Below are positions 54,001 through 63,254 of a stretch of 64,000 nucleotides of DNA, piece by piece. Under the pieces are notes generated by a model, which saw nothing but the letters and a program-made list of their open reading frames with translations, was not told the DNA's origin and did not search any database. The stretch's first letter is position 1. Each line of letters opens with the position of its first letter. The DNA lies in contig OZ316895.1 of NCBI GenBank assembly GCA_973895155.1, forward strand, positions 680,435 to 744,434. The letters are read 5' to 3'. The stretch comes from Marsupella aquatica (taxonomy: Eukaryota; Plantae; Marchantiophyta). The position numbers and the translations under genes are program-made.

Positions 54001-55055
54001 GAGAGATGGAGGAAGGGAGAGCAGGGAGAGCAGGGAGAAAAAAATGGGAGAGCATGACAAGAATAGGGAGACAAAAAAAGGTAAGATATATGTTCTCCCT
54101 CCATATAGCATGAAGCATCCCAACTTGAATCTCACAATGCCTTGGATGTTCTTACCAGACTTGCACTCCACCCAGTCCTCGCCTTCCCCAACGACATCAC
54201 TTTCATAACAACAACATCGACCGAAATGAGAACATTGTCGCACCAACAACTATGCACCTAAACAACATGTTGCAACCATAATATGATTACATGCATGACA
54301 TGGTTGGAACGACACCACCTCCGCAATAATGACACCACCGCAATGACAATCCAATTGAAACAAAAACTGACTTTCAAAACCACAACATAAGTGCAATGAT
54401 AACTCGACGACAAACACAGTCATAATATTATAGGGCTCTAAAGTTAACTTTGCCTCCACAAGACTTATGTTCCTCAATGATTTCCTTTGCACAATGAGTT
54501 GTTTTATAATTGACATCTTTTCTGCATTGATATTAATTGCACAATGACATATTTTACGCATCAAGATGTGTTAGACAAGGACATTTTCTGCCCAACACAT
54601 GGGTATTGAGTTATCAAACACTATAAAAAGCTATCTTACCTAAAAGCTTTTGTGCAGTCTATTTTAGAAAAAGTGAAATATGAGGGAACAACTTATACCT
54701 TCAAATATATTCCATTTATTTTAATGCCCTCTGTTAGCTTAAGTGAAAGGGGATACCCGATGGAAGGGATTAATACCCATGGACATAATTGTTCTGAGGA
54801 AGGCAGATTGGTTTAAGAGTTTTTTTTTGGCATTTTGCTAGGAATAAGAGAAATTTTCATTTTTCTTTCAGATCATTTTGTGTTTTCCTCCCAGTTTTTT
54901 TCTTACCTTTTAATTGTGTTGGAGGGGGGAGGGAGGGAGTTGAATAGCCAGGGAGGGAGGCTGGAAGGAGAGAGAGGGAGGGTGCAAGAGAGGAGGAGAA
55001 AACAAAAAAGGAGGAGAAAAAAGGAAATAATATTCCCTCCGTCCATATGGCACTG

Positions 55056-55089
55056 GGTTTAGGGTTTAGGGTACTCCAAACCCTAAACC
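55056..55089. repeat. Short inverted telomere-like (TTTAGGG) motif, followed by a degenerate CT-rich tandem tract to ~55550
   Basis: gggtttagggtttagggta-ctcc-aaaccctaaacc. Similar 'acatcttttt' tracts occur at ~40200-40950 and 42250-42340, and inverted at 26300-26410. Confidence 0.55.
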
Positions 55090-55553
55090 ACTGCCTCTGG
55101 CTGTCTTGCAGTGCCCCACCCTCCCACACCCTTGCCCTCCCGACAACTCCTTGAGACATGCTTTGCCTTGACATTTTTGCCTTCAGTTGCCTTCATTTTT
55201 GTCTTGCCTTCACAGTTTTCTCGCTTTAACTTATTTTTCTCACATCGACATCTTTTTCCTCCTTGACATTGCTTTCTCACATTGACATATTTTCTCTTCT
55301 CGACATTCTTCTGTCCTTGAATGTTTTTTTCTCTCCCCGACATTATTTTCACACCTCAATTGAAACCTCAACATTGTTTTCTCACCTCGACCTCTTTTCT
55401 CACGGTCTCCACATCTTTTCTCACCTTGACATTTATTCTGACTTCAACATATTTTTCCTCGATATCTTTTCTCTCCTTCACATCTTCTCTTCTCATCAAC
55501 ATTCTTTTCTCACTCAATTTCATTTTCTCACCTCAATAGTTTTCTCTCCTTCG

Positions 55554-58500
55554 TGTTAGACTCTACCTGGTGACCGGACGACCGGACCAACCAGTCACCG
55601 GACCGGCACCACTACATGTACCAAACGCCACAGACTATACATGATTCATTCTATTCTCACACGTTATCAGCACGAGGACTCAGCCAGCGGAGCCAAGAAG
55701 AAAGAAGAAAATACCATGGAAGATTGAGATTTTTTTTATGAATGTTGCATAGGGGGATCGACAGGATGACTTCAGAAAAGAAGTAATTCAAAGGAGGAGA
55801 CCATCATCGAATCAGAACAGGTTGCAGAAAACGAAAAGGGGCATACGGACATCGATAAGGAATTAGAGAGTAGAAACACAACGAGGCAAGAAACTGAAAG
55901 TCGATCGCGGCTGCAATGGGCAATTGAATAGAGACCGAATGAAGTGCAATCGTAATGTTGAAAGAATGAGGATATATACTTTCGCACCATCCCGCATATA
56001 AAAAAAAACTAGAGGAGCGAGCGACTCCGATGGTGGCTGATGCTGATGCGAGCCACAAAGATCCTACCGTGGGATAGGATTGCACTGGGCAGGATCCGAA
56101 GAGAATCAATAAGGACCCTGCAGGCGAAAGGGAAATTACCGCAGGGAAGTCAAGCAACAGACTCGCAAGTGAACGCCGAATGCAGGAATAGAAGATTGCT
56201 GAGAGAAGCAGGATAAAAGAGAAATAAATAAGGAGGTGCACATCGATTGCAAGCGCAACAGTCAGGGGAATCTAGGATCGAATTGAGAAAGAAGAAGGCA
56301 CTGCGCAAACCAGCCAAAGAAAAGAACCAAGAAATATTTTTTCATAAGGACACAACATAGAGACAGCCAATCCAGGACGCAACGATCGAGAGAAAAGCTC
56401 GAGGCAATTCAGGAACGAGTCCGAGAAAAAGAGGGAGAAACCCATAAACTCATAAGGACAAAGATCGAAGGCGAGAACAGCATTGGAGTCGAGCCCACGG
56501 AAAGAGCTCGACAAGGCGTGAACGAGATACAAACCGGCGCAACTGCCAACAGGATTACGCAACATTAGCACGCAAGAAATCGACAAAAACACGAGCAAAC
56601 TGTCACTAATTGCAAACCTCTTTAATTGCAAAATCCATCAAAGAGATTTCAGTTACAAAGGAAAAGTTGCACTTAACCATAACTGCAAAACCTAAGCGCA
56701 CATCCACATAACTGCACACCGTAACCAAGAAAAATTTACTTTACAAAGCCACATGTGCACTTAACCAAGGCACGAGTATATTACCACCCATAACTGCACA
56801 AATTGCACAATTCCATTACTGCATAGTTTAACAAAGAAAAAAGCAAATACAAAAGAAACTTTGTAGTTAACCAAATAGCAAGGAAAACCTAAATCCTAAG
56901 TGCAAACCCTAAAATTGAATTCCGGATTTGCATGCTCTCTCCACCCAGCCCCACTTTGCATGCCGCAGAAATGTGCTTCGTCGTTTCTTACTATACCTGC
57001 TAGTATATAAGCCTCCACTACCATTAAAAGGAATCAAGCCACCAACCCGATGACCAACCTAGAGAAATTAACATTTCCAGCCCTAGACATCGATGGTAGC
57101 AACTACCTGGAATGGTCAATGAACCTCAGAGAGAACCTTACCTCGATAACCCTACTCCCAGCTATAGGGATGGCTCAACCTATACTAGCTGGCGAACCCC
57201 AACCAGACCCGTTAACTAAAGCCAACGAATCTAAGGCCCTTGTATTCCTTAGACGTCATATCCATAGATTCCTACAAAGACAATACATGCACCTCTCAAC
57301 CCCTCGTGAACTATGGACAGCGCTCCAAACCCGATTTGACCACCAAAAACTGGTTGAACTACCTAAAGCCAGGCAAGACTGGCTAAACCTGCGGGTCCAG
57401 GACTTTACCTCTATTTCAGCCTACAATAGCAAACTCTTTAGAATCCCTTCAACCCTCGCCCTCTGCGGCGAGCCGATCACAGACAAGGATCTGCTAGAGA
57501 AGACCTTGTCGACATTTCATTCATCGAATGTGTGGCTATCAACACAGTATCGAAACATGAAGTTCGGGCAATACTCCGAGCTCATAGCCCACCTCCCAGT
57601 CACCGAAAGAAACCAAGCACTTCTCTTAGTAAACTCTAGAAAACAACCTGTGGGCACACTGCCCTCAGGACAACAGAATGAAACCCATAACATAGAAAAT
57701 GTTGAACCCTCCACATCGAGGCAAGGCATTAAGCGCACTAAGAATGACAACCAAAGAAACACCCACAATAAGGGGAGTTTCTATAACCAACGTCCACAAT
57801 ATAACTCCCAACGGACCTTTAGAGGACGTGGAGGACGTGGTGGACGAGAAGGACGAGGAGGACGCGGAGGACGCGGAGGACGCGGAGGACGCGGAGGACG
57901 CGGAGGACGAGGAGGACGCGGAGGACGAGGAGGACGCGGAGGACGAGGAGGACGTGGTGGATGAGAAGGACGTGGAGGACGCGGCGGTGGAAGAACATAT
58001 AACAACAACCGTAGAAACGATTGGTCACAATCCCGAAAACAACGGGAATGACCGAAATGCCATGAATGTGGCATGACAACCCACCTAGCGAGAAACTGTA
58101 GAATCCCGCAACACCTTAGAGAACTATACCAACGGTCCATCAAGGATGGACAAACCTCTAGGCCACCACCCCGTGAAACCCACGGGGCGTTCATGGAGTC
58201 TAGTGACCCATTCCAAGACTTTTCAGCCCTACCTGTCCAACCCGAGGCACACTTAGTGGCAAGTAGCTCCACTACACCAGATTTAAATAGTCCAAGCACA
58301 TGTATTATTGACAGTGCGACCACGCATACTATCCTCAGGGATAGGCACCTTTTCCACAAGATTACACCCTTACGTAGGTCCCTCACCACTATCAATGGTC
58401 CTAGCCAAATAGAAGAGGGCTTCGGCCCAGCTTCTATTAGACTCCCGCAGGGGACCAAAATACACATAGAATCTGCCATTTTCGCCCCAAACGCAACCCG

Positions 58501-59388
58501 TAATCTCCTCAGTTTTAGAGATATACGAGCAAATGGACTACATGTCCAGACGGGCGATACAAGAGACCAGGAAGTGATACACTTGGTTGAAAATACCCCT
58601 ATGGGGAAATTATTAAAGAAACCCTTTTCTCGTACCCCTGCGGGTTTTATGTAACTCATATTGAATGCCTGCATAACAATGCCAACACAAGCAAATTGCA
58701 TGCGCTTTGGCATGCACGCCTCGGCCACCCCGGCCAATCAATGCTAACGAAAATCATTAAGAATTCAAGAGGCATTCCAATCAATACACGCCACATTCCA
58801 GCGAGCACACCATGCACTGCATGCTCACGCGACAAACTAATAACAAGGCCCACGATATCAAAATTGCCAACTAAAATACCCCAATTCTTGGAAATCATCC
58901 ATGCAGATGTTTGCGGGCCAATTAACCCTCCATGCGGACCTTTCCGCTACTTTATGGTATTAATCGACGCATCCACTAAATGGTCAAATGTGACCTTGCT
59001 TTCAACGAGGAACATGGTTATGCCTCGCATTTTGGCGCAAATCTTGTGCGTGAAAGCACAATTCCCAGATCACCCCATTAAGACACTAAGGGTGGACAAT
59101 GCAGGGGAATTCACATCCGAAACATTTGACGACTTTTGCACATCACTTGGCATTGACGTACAATATCCTGTACCTCACGTGCATTTTCAGAATGGATTAG
59201 CTAAAGCGGTCATTAAACGCCTTCGGTTAATTGCACGCCCATTACTAATGCAGTCAAAACTCCTCGTCTCAGCATGGGGACATGCCATATTACAGGCTAA
59301 TGCATTAATCCAATACCGCCCATCGGCTTTTAATACCTATAGCCCATACCAAATCGCTAATGGTATCAAACCTGACCTATCACATCTT
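55554..59388 (+). mobile_element. Ty1/Copia LTR retrotransposon (Bianca-like), decayed and 3'-interrupted
   Basis: Putative 108-bp 5' LTR TGTTAG...CACA (55554-55661) followed by CGTTATCAGCACGA. Gag from 57050 (LEKLTFPALDIDGSNYLEW), CCHC knuckle CHECGMTTHLARNC, protease IIDSATTHTIL, LWHARLGH, integrase IHADVCGP/RVDNAGEF/QNGLAK. Two TGA stops and a frameshift at ~58600. Homology stops after DLSHL; RT, RNase H and 3' LTR are not in the window. Confidence 0.88.
57821..57990 (+). repeat. 9-bp (GGAGGACGM) expansion encoding a poly-RGG tract in Gag
   Basis: About 18 in-frame GGR/EGR units upstream of the zinc knuckle. Confidence 0.9.
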
Positions 59389-59663
59389 TGTTCATTTAAC
59401 CCCAATTTAAGGAAACTGAACTTTGGAAATTCCAAAAATCACTAAATATTATTATTTTAATAAAAAGGGGGCGACATGACGCGTGGCTGCGCGTGAAACC
59501 TTGAAAATGACTGCAACGTCACATTTTAACCAATCCAACTTGACGGGACCAAGAGACATGCTCACGCGAATAATAATAATAGAGAAATAAATCTTTGAGA
59601 TCCTTTATATATGATAACCAATATATAAGGAGTTTACAAATAGTTTCTAGAACGACATACAAA

Positions 59664-60392
59664 TTAATCTGATCTCATGCCGACTATTATTTTAGAAGCG
59701 TCCAAAATTGGGCGTCTGTTAAATTGCTCTACTAGATATCTATCTCCATGCCTCTGAATCATAGGGTCTTCCCATAGAGTATGATTATAATCATAATCTC
59801 TAAAAATAGATTTAACTGACCAATCTGGATAATCTCTTCCATTGGCAATGACAAGCGGCTCACAAGAGTTTGCTAGCTTGCTAAGATACGGAATCAGCAA
59901 GTTAATCAGGAAACTGTCATCGACCGACCCAAAATATTTGGGCGGAAATAATGATCCAACAACAGGATCTAAACAAGCATGAAATGCATCGTATTCGATA
60001 AGCATTATATTTTGCTGCAGATACGCCTTCGTATAAATTCCAACCTTCTCAAAACACTTCAAAAATATCCGCTTATTTGATGTCACCCCATCGCATAAGT
60101 AACAATGAGACTAATCCCAAATATACTTAAATGAGGCCATTTCCATCGCAGTAAAAATAGATACTAAAATCTGATCTAAAAGGTTCTTCCCAAGAGAGGA
60201 CCAGATCCCTACATCGAAATTCTCAAAACAGAATCTCAAGAATTCGTGAAGATGAGGCCTTGGAAAAACGTATATATTCCCAATCCGAATTCCAGTTGAG
60301 ACCGCCATCAGTCGGGAATGCGGTGCAGTGTAACAGAGTAGATGCTCCACGTCTAAAACTATGAGCCCATTTTCTCTGTTGCAATGAATCTC
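59664..60392 (-). pseudogene. FCP1/NIF (HAD) phosphatase-like module 3
   Basis: Acceptor ctctacag|GAG (phase 0). LIVLDVEHLL..VFPRPHLHEFLRFCFENFDVGIWSS..YIWD*SHC..IFLK..NIMLIE..DDSFL..LIPYLSKL. One in-frame TAG at 60111. Confidence 0.75.
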
Positions 60393-60453
60393 CTGTAGAG
60401 AAACACAAGAAGATGCATGAGCCTATATGGATGTTGTCACGCGAATGGTCGCG

Positions 60454-61185
60454 TCACATATTACAGAGAAAACATCCTCTACACTCTGGCCATTGATAAG
60501 TGACGTCTGTTGAAGTGCTTGATAAGAACTTGATCCACATGTCTCTGCACCACAGATGCTCCCATATATCCTCGTTCAGATCCCAATCTCGATGTAGATT
60601 TCTAATCGACCAGATGGGATAATCGAACTTGTTAGCGAACGCAAGACAAAGCCCTGAATTTGATAGCTTTCGTAAATATGGAATGAGGTCATCCCTCAAA
60701 AAGACATCATCCAACGATCCTTGAAACGACTTAGCGAACAATAATCCGCATACAGCTGTCTGGCATGTATGGGAAGGACAGGCATCAATCTGGATTATAT
60801 TCTCTGGTCGATAATCTTGAAACATATCACGTAGTCTCTCGATAGATTTGAAGACAACAGTCTTATAATTTTTCTTCACATAACCAAGATTCCAGCAATG
60901 ATCCCGCGTGAACACATATATCAGTTGTGACAGGTCGATGCTCGACAACACTTCTGAAAGTATCTGATAAATTAGTTTATCATCGAGAATAGACCAGACC
61001 ATCACATCAAAATGATCATAACAGAATTTTATAAGATCATGAAGATGCGGCCTCGGAACGACACATAGAGATCCGATACGAATTCCGGGTGTCGACTTGA
61101 GCTGAGGAGTATATTTTGAAACAGAGCACAGGAAGTTTTCCAGTCCTAAAACTAGAAGTTGATGCGACCTGCTCCACTTAGACAC
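60454..61185 (-). CDS. FCP1/NIF (HAD) phosphatase-like module 2 (open frame, catalytic motif degenerate)
   Basis: Acceptor tttacag|GTG (phase 0). LLVLGLENFL..VVPRPHLHDLIKFCYDHFDVMVWS..VFTRDHC..VVFKSI..ENIIQIDACP..DDVFL..LIPYLRKL. Confidence 0.75.
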   Translation of the reverse strand: MSKWSRSHQLLVLGLENFLCSVSKYTPQLKSTPGIRIGSLCVVPRPHLHDLIKFCYDHFDVMVWSILDDKLIYQILSEVLSSIDLSQLIYVFTRDHCWNLGYVKKNYKTVVFKSIERLRDMFQDYRPENIIQIDACPSHTCQTAVCGLLFAKSFQGSLDDVFLRDDLIPYLRKLSNSGLCLAFANKFDYPIWSIRNLHRDWDLNEDIWEHLWCRDMWIKFLSSTSTDVTYQWPECRGCFLCNM

Positions 61186-61310
61186 CTGTAAATGAACAAT
61201 TCGATTCTCATATTATGCAATTGCAAACAACCACGCGATCGGGCGCGTCACTCCCAAAAGTTCAATTTCAATCAATTTATAAATAATAATTGATAATAAA
61301 CAATAAACGT

Positions 61311-62216
61311 TTACTTATTGGACTTATCCCGGGCTTCTATAGCACGGTCTTTTTCGGCAGATAAGTATTTCATAAATTCGTCAAACTTTTCTAAATGGTC
61401 TTTATTCCCCTGATTACGAATGATCATGTTTCTCCTCCAAAGATTCGTCTTATCAATATAATCTTTCTCAAGATTTTCTTGAGAGAACGTTAGAATCCCA
61501 TATCCACTAAGGAGCTCGCGGAATGTCAACTTGTCAATTGACATGTCGCATAGATATGGATATAGTTTCTTTCTAAAAAATAGGTCATCATCGAGCCCAA
61601 AATATGCATCGGGATACAGCGATGAATAGAAGTCATTAAGGCTCGTCTTATATGTAGCGTCATCGATAAGAATGACATTCTCGATGTTGTAATCTTTAAT
61701 ATCGGCGGCAATGTCCGAGAGATATTTGACAAATAAAGGGATGTCATTATTATTCTTCCCAATAAGTCGAGTTGATTCTTGTCCCCATATAAATTTAATA
61801 CGTTTCAAAACTTCGGGTCGAAGTATCAGCCTTACACAAGATAGAATATTCCGTTTGAACATGCACGACCAGATCACAATGTCGTATAGATCTGCCACCT
61901 TCTCAAGAAATTCCATTAAATCAGGCCTTGGATAGATAACCTTGTGCATCTGTCTCACACCCCTTGACCGAATGGGCATCCCAAGGCTGATCTTCTCTGA
62001 CTAGATAAGTACCCGATTCAGATCGAAAATTACAAGTCTCTTCTGAACCGGTGACTTCTTTGCCGATGGATTAGGCACCATCTGTACCTGTGATTTTTGT
62101 GCCGCAGGGTTTGGAGAACGTACTAGAACGGTCTATTTGTTTCCTGCCTCCGGATGATCACCGGACTTCCGGACTGGTGCCTTCGATACTCGATTAGGGG
62201 GTTTCGGGATAGGCTT
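61311..62216 (-). pseudogene. FCP1/NIF (HAD) phosphatase-like module 1 with P/K-rich linker
   Basis: Acceptor ttttacag|AAG (phase 0). KRLVIFDLNRVLI*..IYPRPDLMEFL..YDIVIWS..FIWGQES..LFVKYL..ENVILIDDATYKTSLN..DDLFF..LYPYL. Two in-frame TAGs lie upstream of 61979. Confidence 0.78.
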
Positions 62217-62302
62217 CTGTAAAACATTAAGAAATGAAAATAAGTTTATAACGCGAATGGTCGCGTGACTACAAAGAGAGACACTAAAATGAAGTGTATT
62301 AC

Positions 62303-63090
62303 CTGTACAAGACGGTCGTTCAGTGCTGGAATTCCGCCGGAAATGTCAATCATAGCAGCACGGATCCCGGTAACTAGGTTACTTGCGGACGTCAGCTTGC
62401 GGAAGTCCATGTCAAATAACGACAAGACTATCTCCCTACGGAATTTCTCAATTTGATCCGCGGCAAAATTAATTCTGTTTCCTTGACACAAGCACTTGGC
62501 GTATCTCAAGATAAACACACCACAACTGTGGCCGTCACTCTGGTGAGGAATATCATTCCGATATATCCGTTCCCAACCTGAGAGATCCAAGTTGACACCA
62601 GTTCTCTAGCCAATTTCGTCGGCGTAGTACTTCCCAACAATATCTAGCACCCCAGGATTTTGTCGATTATGAACTAGAGAATCTAGGTACTCCAGCCATT
62701 TCTCCTTCGGATACAAGACTACCAATGACCAATGTTCTTTCACAGCATTGTGTACTGGAAAGACCAGTTTGTCGTATTCACTGATTTTTAGCGGAAACTC
62801 CTTTGTCCAAGCTGCTCTCTCCTCGTCGAAAATGGTAGGATCCATGGAGAGAAGCTCAAAATGGTGTGTTGGAAGAATTTGACAAGGTCTGAATTTCCAA
62901 CTCTATCGAGAATCAGTTCGAGAAAACTCAAATAAGCGTTAATTATATCATCGGTGAGCAACTCGCGCGGTCTCAAACACATCATATGTTTCCTCTTGAT
63001 CGAGTGTTGTAAGAACTTGGTCAATAGCTCTTCCATATCCTTAGAAGGATCAAGGCATTGATCTATTCGACTAGCCAAATTTTCAAAAAA
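62303..63090 (-). pseudogene. Ulp1/SENP (peptidase C48) SUMO-protease exon
   Basis: CLRPRELLTDDIINAYL..WTK..VFPVH..HWSLVVL..YLDSL..IPHQSDGHSCGVFILRYA, with the His-Asp-Gln-Cys residues intact. One frameshift at ~62870 and one TAG at 62606. Bounded by acceptor ttttgcag (63091) and donor CAG|gtaata (62302), both phase 0. Confidence 0.85.
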
Positions 63091-63254
63091 CTGCAAAAAA
63101 CAGAGATTTCAGTACGCCTTCAAATAACGTACTGAGGTTTGTGATGCCTAGACAGGAATCACTCGGCCGGTTAAGTGGGTAAAGCAGGAAGGCACCCTAG
63201 GAACACCTTAGTATAGTGACAAAACAAGGAAAATATAAACAATTAGGGGCAACC

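Noticed and set aside
55056-55089. Telomere or chromosome-fusion site
   Set aside because: Only 2-3 units embedded in a degenerate dispersed repeat.
57781-58737. 318-aa minus-strand ORF with PPR repeats, and the DAE-repeat ORF at 57699
   Set aside because: Antisense or shifted shadows of the Copia RGG expansion and pol region.
59389-59480. TG-starting junction and AAAAGGGGG tract as the LTR/PPT of a nested retrotransposon
   Set aside because: No second LTR copy, PBS or TSD is visible in the window, so the element class cannot be assigned from this.
59664-63090. Giant-virus (NCLDV) insertion, since NIF and Ulp1-like genes occur in such viruses
   Set aside because: Modules have spliceosomal GT-AG signals and no viral hallmark gene is in the window. 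Not supported here, although a remote viral ancestry cannot be excluded.
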